Source: Felis catus
Taxonomy: Eukaryota
Assembly (NCBI RefSeq): GCF_018350175.1
Contig: NC_058368.1
Coordinates: 44,456,001 to 44,520,000 of the forward strand
Length of the DNA stretch: 64,000 nucleotides
Reading direction: 5' to 3'
Shown here: piece after piece, positions 38,334-51,859 of the stretch
Layout: each line of letters starts with the position of its first letter
Numbering within the stretch: the first letter of the stretch is position 1
The notes under the pieces: model-generated
Database searches by the model: none
The model's input: the letters and a program-made list of their open reading frames with translations, nothing else
What the model was told of the DNA's origin: nothing
Made by a program: the position numbers and the translations under genes

Positions 38334-39710
38334 CCATACATAAAATATAGATATTATTCAAGATACATCATATCATAATATAACAAAACTATCATCATAA
38401 AAAAGATACAATCTAGAATCTATACAAAAAAGATTTATGTATTTGTTAAAATAAAAAACAAAATTCTGCATGTCAAAATTTACTATTATCAAAATGGATG
38501 AACAAAGATTCAGAAAAACAGTTGCAGTATACATCTCATATTATTTATCTCTTAAAAAAAGCTCTAAGTAGTAATATGAAAAAGACAAAGATCTTTGGAG
38601 GAGGAATACAGTCTGGATGGAATGAAGAAGGAAAACAAAAGGAAATCAACAGATTTCCATTCCTGACAAACTATGCCTTTCTGAGCTTGGTATATATACC
38701 CCTTGGCTATTGTATCTAATCTTACCAGTGTCTCTAAGTTAAGATAAGCTTTTCTGGTCAAAACAGATTTTCTCAACCATCACATTCCATTCTGTAGAGA
38801 AAGCTGAGATGCTGACTTCCCTTTTCTAGCTGTTTTTGATGGTTTAAACCTCTCATGCGTCTCTCTTGACATATCAAGATGGGTAACAGCATTATCAGAG
38901 GAGAAAAGTCCAGGTTGGCAGGGGATTGGTTGCTCTAGCTCAATTCTGGGAAATAGAAACTCACTCACAGCCTGTTGCCATTATTTCTTGCTGTCTCAGA
39001 TGACTGTAGTAGTAGTGTGGGTGGTCTGTGTGAATATATCAAGGAGAGAGCAAAGTGGGGATTCAAGTTCCCTACATACTCAGAATATCTGTAAAACATC
39101 CCCAGCATACAGTAGTAATGTGAAGAATGTTTCTGAATAAGCTTTGACCTGTAATGCTTTTTAACTACCCAGAGGATTTAAACTGCAATCTTGTTGAGGC
39201 ATACTCTTAAATATATGTCAAAGCCATATGGAAGTGAATTACTTTGCTGATGAGTGAGTCTTACAGATCCTTTACAATCACATCTCTACATCCCTTTTTT
39301 CTTCCTGATAAATGAGTTATTTTTAATTCTCATAAAACCCTATTAGCTGGGAAGATATTATATTCTAGTTTTGGAATATGTAAAAATCTCAGGCTCTATC
39401 CCTTGACATAAATAAGAACTGAGTTGCCATTCTGCAACATGGGATTATGCCCCTATAAGGATGTTTTCCAAATTGTTTCATGCCCTACCTATAGTGACAG
39501 ATCATGTTAATCCAAGGACTGTTGATAAGCCTTTTATGGCTTAACTTTAGAGAATTTTTCATCCTACGCAGGATGAGTGAATTTACATATTAGCACTCAA
39601 ATAATCATCCCTAGAGTTTTGGTTTGTTGAAATTTCATGATAATGGGGACATTTTTTAAAAAATTTATCATGAACTGTAGACCATTTTCTTCATAAAGAT
39701 TCATGTTTTA

Positions 39711-39929
39711 GGGGTGAATGGGTGGCTCAGTTGGTTCAGTGTCCAACTTTGGCTCAGGTCATGATTTTGTGGTTCATGAGTTTGAGCCCCACTTCAGGCT
39801 CTGTCCTGACAGCTCAGAGCCTGGAGCCTGCTTTGGATTCTGTGTCTCCCTCTCTCTCTCTGCCCCTCCCCCACTCATGCTGTCTCTCCCTCTCTCTCTC
39901 AACAATAAAGACTCATGTTTAATAAACAT
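39711..39929 (+). mobile_element. CAN-SINE with an extra target-site copy in its tail
   Basis: taaaga(t/c)tcatgttt at 39694, 39906 and 39930. Confidence 0.94.
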
Positions 39930-41934
39930 TAAAGACTCATGTTTTAGTCTTTGTCACAATATTATTAATTAGTATGATCCTTCTGTACACAGTATAAATA
40001 CCACAACATAACACACATTAAAGCTTTACAAAGACAGGACACATATTGTTTTCCATTATATGATAAATGACACATTTCTTTCCCAGTAACAGAAGGATAA
40101 ATTTGAAAGAATTAAATAAATTTTGTTAAAGCAGATTTAGATATTGAAGAAATGAATGAGTACATTTTTGAATGTCATTGCAGGGTTACAACAGAGATAC
40201 TGAAAGTAGAAGTCTATTGATAGAATTCCAGTAAGCACGGTTTAATTCCAAATCAGTCACAGTTCTGACTCGGAGAGAAAAAAAATCTTTTTTTTCTTTT
40301 TTTTTTTTTCAATCTACTTTGTGCACGTTGTTAGTGAACATATTAGTTAATGACCTGAAGGCAAATCCCTGACAATGTGATTTTGTGCTAATTGTGTGGA
40401 AAAATATTTCTAGCTTTTAAAAATGCTACATTCTGAGATGCTATAGGGAATTCATCTTCCTTATTTGAGCTATTCTATTCAACCTTCCTCAAGGGCACTG
40501 AATCATATTGAATGAGTCATCCAGTATTCACATCATATCTAAAATCAAGGAAAACTCTCAAGAGGCAATATTAGGGATTAAACACTCTCATTCTGTTTAC
40601 ATTCAGTTGGTATTAAAAAATTAGTTAAAAAATCAATTGTATTAAGACTATAGATATTTTAATATCTCATTTTCAAAGTGCCTTATATTAAAATGTCAAA
40701 ACTTTAGATATATTATAAAAATATTTTTATCTTTACATTTGAAAAAGCTCCTTATTTAAATAATTGTTTTCTTTAAAACATTTTTTCTTGATTGTTAATC
40801 AAATTAACATATATTAGACTCCTATTAAAATAAGTGTATGTTTCATGAGCATGCTTATTAGAGGAAGGCCAGTGCTTTAACAGACTTAGGTTGAAAACTA
40901 TTAAGTTGAGGTATGTTAAAGGATAAGGCTGTAAAATACATGTAAATTTTAAGTTGTTGCCAGAACATTTGTTATTGATTTTAATATGATTATAAAAGCT
41001 TATTTAAAAATACTGAATCTTTGATTTATAGCACATAATAGACTTGAGGATATTTTATATTAAATGTGTGCAATATTTTATTTTCAATTAACTAAATATA
41101 AATATGAATGCTCTAAACACAGAAAAAGTTGAAGTTTATAAGTTAAAATTTCTTGAATTGTCACTGTTCTTATTTTAATTGTATTTTTCACATAATGTGA
41201 ATTCCCATCCTCTACCCCCTGCCAGGCACATCCATGGCACCTTCTCTAATGTATTTAACGCACACATCTAAATTATGCTAATTAGGTCTTTTAAAATGTC
41301 TTTTAAAGATTATATAGATTTGTTTTGAAATCTGTGTTTTCATTCTTGTAAACAGTATTGTCCTATAAACTATATTATATTCTTTTTCCATTCATCATTC
41401 GTTTTTTGGGATACATCAAGCTCTTATACAATAAAATAGAATTCATTCTATTCAATATATTCATTTATCATATCACCAAATAGATCTCACAATATAAATC
41501 CACCTCTCCAGTAATGGACTTGTAATCTGCCTATAGCTCTACGCTACCCAAAACTACGACATTGTGATGACTATCTTTATTAATCTACAAGTCCCTGCAG
41601 ACTTGTCAGAAAGATTTTGGGGAATATTTACTCTGCTGTGATAGTAATTGCTAGATGTGGGGTATTTGCATATATGTTTTTACCAGATGTTACTAAATAT
41701 CTCCAGAATGCCTTGAACAAGTTTATATTCCCATCAGCAATGCTTAAAGTTTCCAATTTCCCCACATTCTTACATTTCAGTGTACTGCCTTTACATGTTT
41801 TGCCAATCTGCTCCTTGCAAGAGGATATGCAATTTTTGTTTTAATCTGTATTTCCATATTTACTGGTTAAGCTGACTGTGAATATATCAGCTATGTGGGT
41901 ATTTCCTCAAAGGAAATGTAACAAACCCATAAAG

Positions 41935-42170
41935 AACACAAATCTTGGACCAAGACAGCTTGAGGGCAAATCATGCCTCCATCACTTACATATACAAATA
42001 TAAACTTGGATATATATTATTTACCTTTCTATGCCTCAGTTTATTCATCTCATATCCTCATATGGTAATGAGGATAACCATAACTCTGTGAATGTTAAAT
42101 AAATTAATATGTATATAATGCTTAGCACAGGGTCTAGTACACAATAATTGCTATACATTAACTATTATTT
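41935..42170 (+). mobile_element. MIR
   Basis: tttctatgcctcagtttattcatct core and aatgcttagcacagggtctagtacac 3' part. Confidence 0.8.
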
Positions 42171-42508
42171 TTTATGCATGTCTTCAGCACACTTTTGCAA
42201 ATATTTCCTTTGGTGTTGAGCTAAATTATTTCCTTCATAATATAGACATTAATCATTGTCCTATATATGCGTGCATTTCACACCTAAATATGCGTGAATT
42301 TCACATTGCATATATCATCTCCAGTCTGTTATACAGCAGTTAACTTTGCCTATAATGAAGTTATTTAATTAAAGATCTTTCAATTTTACTTAACCAAATT
42401 AAAAATTATTTGCACATTGTTTATACTATAAGGGTTTGTTTGAAAATAATCTTCCTAACCCTCTGGTCACAAAAATATTCTATTTTTTATGTCATTAACT
42501 TTAATTTT

Positions 42509-42718
42509 TTTTTTCAACGTTTATTTATTTTTGGGACAGAGAGAGACAGAGCATGAACGGGGGAGGGGCAGAGAGAGAGGGAGACAAAAATTTCGGAAAC
42601 AGGCTCCAGGCTCTGAGCCATCAGCCCAGAGCCTGACGCGGGGCTCGAACTCACAGACCGCGAGATCGTGACCTGGCTGAAGTCGGACGCTTAACTGACT
42701 GCGCCACCCAGGCGCCCC
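42509..42718 (-). mobile_element. CAN-SINE, young subfamily
   Basis: Perfect TSD aactttaatttt at 42497-42508 and 42719-42730. Confidence 0.97.
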
Positions 42719-45259
42719 AACTTTAATTTTACTTTTAACATTTGGGCATTTGATCCATGTAAAGCAATTTTTTAATCCAACTCTGTAATCCAACTTTTAA
42801 AGTCCATATACTGAATCAAATTTCCATATACCATCGACTAAAAAAATGAGGATTTTCTCATAGTTGAACATACTATCTACCTTTTATTAAATATGAAGCA
42901 ATCACATGTTCATGAATTTTTTTCTGGCCTTTCTCTGGTCTATTTGTCAGTTCTTAATCAAAAACTACATTTTTTTACTGTCAAATCTTTGTTGGGTGTC
43001 TTAATGTCTAACAGTGATATATATTATATATATATATATATAATATATCATATATATTATATATATAAATATATATTAAACGTTTCCTTTTAGAATTATA
43101 ATGGATATCCTTACATTTATCTTGAGATATAAATTATATAATAGGCTTAATTTCTCAAAAGTTTCTCTTAGAAATCTCTTGGGATTTCATTGCATGTATA
43201 GATAAATTTAAGTGGAATTGACACATCTAAAACTAAGTTTGCCCATCCATGAACATGTTTTGCCTTTTATTGAGGTTCTCTTTATAAGATTTTTCTATAA
43301 CACAAAGGATCGAATTCTCAAATCCGACTTACTATAATTACAGTTTTTCTTATACAAATTATAGATTTCTTACAAGTAATTTAAAGGGTCCAGGTAATCA
43401 GAAAGCACAGATAAAACATGGCTATGTCTGAGAATTCTCCAGCTCCCTGGGTCCTTTCTTAATATACCAGAATGCACCATATTTTAGAATTCACATGTGA
43501 GATTTCAAATGATTAAAACAGAACATAACTTGCAAAAAGTGAGATAAATCAATTGTGAAATATCTTTCTTGTATATTCCCATAAAATATATTCCTCGTAT
43601 ATTCCAGGGTGTGAAGTCCCATAATTCGTAATTCTGGCTTTATTTACAGTAAACATACTGCAAGACAAGATACATCCTGCTGAAATATCATACAGTTTAG
43701 GACTCTCCATTATCTTTCAACTAATTGCTTCTAATTGCAATTTTTCCCTATTGCTCCTTCTTAGTTAATAAGTTCTTTATATTGTGAGCAAAAAGTTGTT
43801 ATGCATTCTTGTTAGAGTAATTCTTAGGCAATATTTTTGTATTTGGCAGCTTACCTGAACTTTTGTATTAATTCTAATTGTTGTATACTGCTCCTGTATC
43901 AATTATCATACTATGTCTACATGAAGGCAATTTTGTCTCCTCTTCCAATTTTTAGATCTCTAATTTTGTTTTTAATCAAATGTCACCGGCCAGGACTTCC
44001 AGTAAAATAGGAACAATACTGTTAACAGAGATTGTTTTTTTTCATCCATGTCATTAATGAGAAAGCACCTAAAATTTATCTATTAAATATGATGTTAGAT
44101 TTTGTAAATAGCACTTATTAAATTATAAGAAAGTTACTTTCTAGTCCTAGTTTCTTGAGTTTTGAAAATAACAAAGTGTTCAATACTTTATTGGGCCAAC
44201 TAGACTGTTTAAGAAAGAAAAAAGAGAAGACACAAGTTACTAATACCAGCAGTGAAAGAGAGGACATCACTACAGATTCCATGAACATTAAAAAAAAAAA
44301 AAGATTATTATAAACACCTCCATGTCCACAAATCTGATAATCTAGATGAATTGGACCTATTCTTTTAAATATATAATCTACAAGGCTCATACAAGGAGAA
44401 ACAGAAAATTTGACTAGACCTATATCTAATAAAGAAATTGAATCAATAATTAACAACCTTTCAAAAAAAGAAAGCACATGGCCTATATGGTTCACTAGAA
44501 AATTCGACTAAACGAGAATGAAATTATACCAGTTGTCTACAATCTTTTTCAGATATAAAGAGCAGAGGGAATACTTCCTAAATCATTCTGAGGGCCAGCA
44601 TTACCCTAATACCAAACCCAGGCAAAAATATCACAAGAAAAAAAATGCAGACCAATATCTCTTACAAACATAGATGTAAAACCCTTCAACAAAATATTCG
44701 CAAATTCAATACAACAATTATGAAGAGTATTATACAACATGACCAATTCAACTTTTGAAGTTGAACCAAATTGAAGACCAATTCAACTTTCAAAATAATA
44801 TAATCCATCAGATGTATAGGCTAAAGAAGAATCACTTTATCATATCAATATATGTAAAAAGCATTTACAAAATCCAACACCCATTCATGATAAAATCTGA
44901 GCAAACTAGGAATAGAAGAGGATGTCTTTAACATGATAAAGACTACCCATAAAAGCCTACAGCTAACATTATACTTAATAGTAAGAAACTGGAAGCTGTC
45001 TTGGGAAGATCAGGAAAAAGGCAAGGATGTCCCCTTTTACTACTCATTTTCAACATTGTACTGTAACTACTAGCTAATCATATAAGAAATGGAAGTGTAA
45101 GGAATACAGATTGGGAAGGATGTAATAAAATTTTGTTCCCAGATAACATTATTGTCCAGGTAAAAATTCCAAAAGAATTGACAAAAAACCTCTAGGAACT
45201 ATTAAGCTATTGTACTTACGGTTGTGAGATACAAGGTTTATATTAAAAAAATCAATTGA

Positions 45260-45472
45260 GGGGCGCCTGGGTGGCTCAGTCGGTTAAGCGTCCGACTTCA
45301 GCTCAGGTCACGATCTCACGTTCCGTGAGTTCGAGCCCCGCGTCGGGCTCTGGGCTGATGGCTCAGAGCCTGGAGCCTGCTTCCGATTCTGTGTCTCCCT
45401 CTCTCTCTGCCCCTCCCCCGTTCATGCTCTGTCTCTCTCTGTCTCAAAATAAATAAACGTTAAAAAAATTAA
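45260..45472 (+). mobile_element. CAN-SINE, young
   Basis: Perfect TSD aaaaaaatcaattga at 45245-45259 and 45473-45487. Confidence 0.97.
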
Positions 45473-45679
45473 AAAAAAATCAATTGATTTTCTATATATC
45501 AGTAATAAGCAGGAACATGATTTTTAGAGCAGTGAAACTTTTCTGTAAGATACGATAATGGTGGATACTGTCATTATACATTTGTTAAAACCTATAGAAT
45601 GTACACCAATTATGGAATCCAAATGTAAACTATGTGCTTTGGGTGATTATGATGTATCAGTAAAGGTTCATTAATTATA

Positions 45680-45858
45680 TTTATTTTTTTAACATTTATT
45701 CATTTTTGAGAGACACAGACAGAGCATGACTTGGGGAGGGGCAGACAGAGAGGGAGACACAGAATCCGAAGCAGGCATGGGGCTCGAACCCACGAAGCAC
45801 AAGATCATGACCTGAGCCGAAGTCTGACACTCAACCAACTGGGCCACCCAGGAGCCCA
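45680..45858 (-). mobile_element. CAN-SINE, internally deleted
   Basis: TSD aaggttcattaa(t/c)tata at 45663 and 45860. Confidence 0.93.
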
Positions 45859-47984
45859 GAAGGTTCATTAACTATAAAAAAATGTTACCACTCTGGTGGG
45901 GAGTGTTGATAATGGAGAGGATTATTCATATGCAGGGGCAGGAGATATTTGGGAAATCTCTACCTTCTACTAAACTTTTGCTATGAACCTAAAACTGCTC
46001 TAAAAGATAAAGTTTGTTTTTATTTTATCTTTTTCTATATTTAATAAAAATAATAAATTGTTAAAATTTATAGAAAAAAATTATATTGAAGGTAGTATTA
46101 ACTTATTCATTATGATTCGTTGCATACCAACCTCCAGATAAAGGTTTTATTTTGCCCTCCTGAAAGAATCAAGGAAAACAACTACAATCCACTGCTTAAA
46201 ATAATAAATTTTGTTAACCATAGGCTTTGACTCTTCCTGCCCATTCATGCATTGTAAAAGCCTTATAACTTAAGCACTGAAGTTTTTCTCCTGGAACATG
46301 CTATCCAGCCCTCTTGTTTTCTACTGCAGAATGGACAAAGAGGAACCATACAACGGCAACTACTATGGCTTTCATAAGTTTTTAGTAGCTTATGAAATGA
46401 AATATAAAGTAATACAATTATTAAACGATGACCAAACAGGTCCAGTTTGTGTGCTATTTGACCATTTACTCTCATTTGCATAATATAGTTAATAAATGTT
46501 TGGTAAACAACAATTTTGCATTTTGGGCATAAGTGTCACTTGACCATAGCTAATTAGTTTTAATTTCCCATCAGATTAAGGGACATGTTGCATTTACATA
46601 TTTTGCATCTTTGTCAATATATGAAATTAGCTTATAACTATCTTTCCTTGGTTTGCCTTTACCTTATTTTACTAAAATATACTGTAATGTTTTCTTTTCC
46701 CACAATTTTGAAAATTTCTATAAAATAGTGATTATCCGATGCATAGTAGAACTCCCACATAAAAGCCCATATAACTGAAATTATGGGGGTTGATTTTCTC
46801 TAACATTTCATTTATGTAAACAGTTATCCTTCCTTTCAAGTTTTCTATTACTTCAACTGCCAATTTTAGTATTTTACAATTGAAGAAATGTGTCTACATT
46901 AACTATGTTTCCAAACTTATAGACATAGATCAAATAATATTACTGAACAGTTCTTTTAAAAACCTCTGTAGCTATTAGTATCATGACACACCTGAATCCT
47001 ACTTAACTATCACCTGTCTTTACCTTTGAAAAAGAAAACTTTCTGAAGGATCCCAGAAAAGTGCCATATGATTGAGAATGAAGACACAAAAATCACTTAA
47101 TTTCCATGAATAATAAAAGTAAAAAAAAAAGTGAATTTTCCAATCTAGGGAACACACAGTAATAAATGTTTTGAAGAATAAAGATAATTTTAGACACAAT
47201 TGAGTGAAACTATTACACCAAAAACAATGTGAAATTTTGTTGAAGAAGCATCACTGAAAACTGGCCGTCAAATTTGGAAGCACAGAAGCAACTGATACAT
47301 TTATACATTTATTAAAATAATAGCAACTATACTTTAAAAATAAGCAAAGGATATAATTTTGACACTCAGAATAGGCAGAAGTAGTGGTCTTATTTGTTTA
47401 TAGTAGGTATAATAGCAGGACGGGTCACTATACAATTCTGCAGCACTTCTAATGTAAGGGACATTAGAATGTCAGGATTAGAAGAAAGGGAGGTGGACTT
47501 ATTGAGGAAAACATTTTGTTCCATGAGCTGTTACGTAGTGATTTTTACATAAAGATTCCTTGCGTAAACTCAGTAAATACTTTCCATAAATCTTAAAACA
47601 ACTAATTTTCATGTTTGATATGAATTACCAGGCTGTACGTGATTGTGGGGAAATATGTATTTGTAATCTTTGGAAGTATATCATATGAATGCATTTTATG
47701 TATAAATAACTAGAAAATTAGAATATATACTTCAATAAAAACATCTGGTATGTTACATGGAAAAAAGTCTAAAGTTCCAGTATATGCAAAGATACAGAGT
47801 ATAATTTGGGGATATGTTATATCTAAAGGACTAATGTAAAGATGACAGCTGATGGCAAAAGAAGGTGAAACAAGTGGCAACATGCATATTGACAAGAAAT
47901 GTAGAAATTTATGACAAATGAAAGGAGATAGAAAAAGGGAATTGTGGAGATAAAAGTTATCATTATCAAATACCACACACTCCC

Positions 47985-47987
<3 letters not shown>

Positions 47988-48041
<54 letters not shown>
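47988..48041. repeat. (TA)n microsatellite
   Basis: About 27 perfect units. Confidence 0.98.
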
Positions 48042-48043
<2 letters not shown>

Positions 48044-48048
48044 TTCTC

Positions 48049-48258
48049 GGGGAACCTGGGTGGCTCAGTCGGTTGAGCATCCAACTTCGGCTTAGGTCAT
48101 GATCTCACATCCCGTGAGTTTGAGCCCCGCATCAGGCTCTGTGCTAACAGCTCGGAGCCTGGAGCCTGCTTCAGATTCTGTGCCTGCCTCCTCTCTCTCT
48201 GCCCCAACCCACTTGCATTCTGTGTCTGTCTCTCTCAAAAATAAACATTAAAAAAAAT
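48049..48258 (+). mobile_element. CAN-SINE
   Basis: Full body, flanked by tatattcatt / tatattcaat. Confidence 0.95.
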
Positions 48259-49299
48259 TATATTCAATGACCTTCCCTAGAAAAAAGTAGTTGGGCCTGA
48301 AATCTATACTCTTGATTTCCATGTTACAATGTTTTAATTCTAGACCTCTACTAGGAGAGACTTTTCAGGGCTACCTCACAGATCAGTTGTATTATAGAGG
48401 TTGTGTGTGCCATTAACTCTCTTGGATAGAAAATGGTAGAGAAAAAGAAAGCAGTCTCTAGGGAAGAAAAGCAGACAGTGGGATAGATAAAAATAGGCTA
48501 CCAGAAGGCCAATCTTACTCTCTTATCTGGTATCATTGCCAAACTCACTTATCTTCTGTTTCCTTGAGTTTCAGCTGCCTGAGGCTTGAAAGTCACTTAT
48601 CTGAGGCACCATAGCCCCCAATCTAGACAGAAAAAAAAAAAAAAACTGGAATCCTACTCTCCCTGGAAGCTGTTTGCCCTCGAAGTGTCATATGCAAAGT
48701 CACTTGTCATTGCTGCCAAATCACTCTTGTGCACAATGCTACAACTCAAGAAAAATAAGTATTCATTTCTACCCTTTGGCATGTTTTTGGAATTTGTACT
48801 CACCCTGTTAATTTAAAGTTTGTGAACCACCTTAAAATCCTTGAAGTTGACACACACATTGTAAAAATAGAAACTACCTAATATAACAAGGAGATTGTTA
48901 AGGAATACCTTAGGTAACTAGCATTCTCTGGAGGATACCTATCAATGACAAAGTTGACCCAGAGAATACATAGGGGTCATGCTGAAGACCTCCAACAAAT
49001 TAATCTGTGTTCTTAATTCAAACACATATAGTTCTTTACAAAAAGTAATAGCACCCTTAAAGAGATCTTTAAAGTTTAATAGCAAATATTAATTTTTGAG
49101 TTGTGCTGCTGTTTTGAATTTTTCCTGCTTCTCTATGTAGAGTTTGTTTACCATAATTCCCCAAATTACATTATTTAGTTTAGGTAGATTTTATTTTAAT
49201 TATTGATACAATATTTATTTACTTATCAAGTAATTAGAGAGACTAAAATGTAATGACAACTATAATATTTTGATTTTTACTTAAAAATCAAGGAGGGTC

Positions 49300-49425
49300 T
49301 GGCGCCTGGGTGGCTCAGTCAGTTAAGCACCCGACTTCGGCTCAGCTCATGATCTTGCAGTTTGTGAGTTTGAGCCCTGGGTTGGGCTCTGTTCTGACAG
49401 CTCAGAGCCTGGAGCCTGCTTCAGA

Positions 49426-49470
<45 letters not shown>

Positions 49471-49538
49471 TCCGCCCCTCCCCTGATCACACTCTGTCTC
49501 ACTCTCAAAAATAAACATTAAAAAATTTAAGAAAAAAA
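49300..49538 (+). mobile_element. CAN-SINE with internal (TG)n
   Basis: TSD caaggagggtc at 49289-49299 and 49539-49549. (TG)~20 at 49429-49468. Confidence 0.96.
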
Positions 49539-50091
49539 CAAGGAGGGTCACATAAAGGGTATATAATCACATAAGGGTATTTTTATGAAGTTTCTTTATA
49601 GAGAAGGATATAGTGTTAGCCTATATCAAGATATGGTGTATGATGTGTAAGTCTATCAACAGAATATTTCAATTCTAATTTTCATATATTAAAAACTGGT
49701 AATTATTTATTTAGACATTTCTAATTTTATATCGGGTCATTAGCAGCTATTAGTAAATAAAAATTATGAAATGCTCAAAAGATTTCAATTTGATTTATAA
49801 CACAGTGTTGCCCTTTCAATTCAGTTCTAAATTAAAGTACTTCTAATATAAAATTATTAAAACATTTAAAACAAAGTGGTGCATTAATAGAAAATTGCAA
49901 TATATTATGAGCAATCGACATCGATAACAGATTATATCATTTAAAACTTCGCACCTTAGGGGATTTGAAATTAGGAAGAACGTACTAATTAACACTGCAT
50001 ATAGTTGCCATCATTTTATATGAATCAGTCTTTTATTCTATCTTAATGACTGATTCCCTTTCTAGCTGTATTTTTACTCTAAAGAAAGATA

Positions 50092-50180
50092 CCATGTAAG
50101 TGTTGAATCACTAAATTGTACACCTGAGATGAACATTACATGTACGTTAACCAACTGGAATGAAAATTAAAACTTAAGAA
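50092..50180 (+). mobile_element. Very short carnivore L1 3' terminus
   Basis: gtgttgaatcactaaattgtacacctga...gttaaccaactggaa. TSD aaagaaagata / aaagaaaggta at 50081 and 50181. Confidence 0.8.
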
Positions 50181-51859
50181 AAAGAAAGGTAGAAAACGAA
50201 TATAATGATTTCTCTTAAAAACACAAACCGGCAATCAACCGTAATATTCCTGTAGGTACTCTGGTTTTAGATCATGTTCTCCTACATTGGTATAACATAG
50301 TTAAAATGATTACCATTCCCTAACCTGTGATTTTCATGTTGCTGGAGGGAGACAAGCATCACTAGGAAAGGTAGGACACTATTCTGCATGGAGGAGATGA
50401 CCATCATCTTCCTCTTCCTTATTTGTGTACTCGTTCTCAGTACTGGATGGGGGTGGTAGAAAATGAGGAGGCATGGTGGCACACCCAAAATCCATATATC
50501 TTTATATGCTGATCATTCAATGGTACAGCTGAGGACTATGCCACCAATATTCACAATAACTTAGTGTTTTTGTTCTATATCACTGTAGAAAGCTCTCTTT
50601 CTAAAAGAAGGGAAAGAACACAACGGAACATTTCTAAGTTGCAGATATGAAGATATATACAAACACATTGATCTTTCCCTCTTTGTTACCCTTCTATTTT
50701 CTCCTCCTCCTTTGAGTTTATTCTCCATCATCCTTTTTATCTTTCTGCTCTTTAACTGAAACTTCTTATTATTTCCCTATTTTTCACATGTCCCTTCATT
50801 GGCTATTCAGCTTTGTTAGTACAGTGCTTCTGGAGTGGTTGGATAAAGAAATTTTATTTGCAATCTCCCCACCACGGACAGACAATTTTTTTCTCTATCT
50901 ACTAGACATAACCTTATTATACTACCTATTATAGTATATCTAGTACTTTCAAAATAATGTAAAATACATAATATATATATATATGTATATATATATGTAT
51001 ATATATTAACATCTCATAAGGCGTTGATCTTAGGCAAATAATTAAATTATTTTAATTTTAATAATTAAAATCAGCATTTAGGAATGAACTGGGTTCATTG
51101 ATTGTGTCTTCACCTTCAGATATCTATATATTTACCTGTCTTTACCTTCAAATATGTACATAACAATTAAAGTTAGGAGCATAAAATCAGCATTCACTAC
51201 TTTATTTAAATATATTTAAAGTAATATAGAATTCCATATCCAAATGCTTAAAATAGAGTGCGATAATTTACAATGCCATCCTAGTTCTTAGAGTGTTAGA
51301 ACCACCTTAAATATATGTTAGTGCATAAAGAAATTGCTATCATACCACTTCCCTGTGTCTATTTGAAACAATGCACAAACCATCCCACTTCCCTTTGCTC
51401 ATTCCTGAAACACGACATAAATATACATACATACACCCACTCCTAACAAAGCAGCCAAATGAACCAGGCAACAGATGGGAAACTGAGAGTCCATGTGTTC
51501 ACATTCCTACTATGCCAATAACTTGCTGGGTGATCTCAGGCAAGCCACATATCTTCAGCTAATTGCCTTCTCTATAAAAGAACAGAGCCATAGGGCCTGA
51601 ATATTAGCTCTCAGAAGCCAGTAATGAATTTGTCCCATCATCCTTCTTAATGCGGAAAACATATTCAAATAATAAAGAGCTAGAATTGATCTTATTATTA
51701 TTGCATAATCTCACCAGGTCTTCCCTGCTGTTCTGAAGGCTATAACCAAATGCTTTGCAAAACCCACTTAAATAAAAAAGAACTTTCTTCACCACTACTA
51801 CTGTAAAAATAACTTTTTATACTAACACAAGCAACAAAAGAAAAATAGGTATACATATA

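Larger units (their letters stand above)
41180..44180 (-). mobile_element. Highly degraded old L1 (L1ME-like), fragmented by later insertions
   Basis: ttcccatcagcaatg, tttaacatttgggcatttgatccatgt, gaattgacacat...cccatccatgaacatg and gccaggacttccagta. Confidence 0.65.
44180..46015 (+). mobile_element. L1MC-like element: ORF2 fragment joined to a 3' UTR, with two nested SINEs
   Basis: Sense ORF2 motifs (gacatcactacagattcc, gccagcattaccctaataccaaa) and 3' UTR gcagtgaaact...aatgtaaactatg...gaacctaaaactgctctaaaa. Confidence 0.88.
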
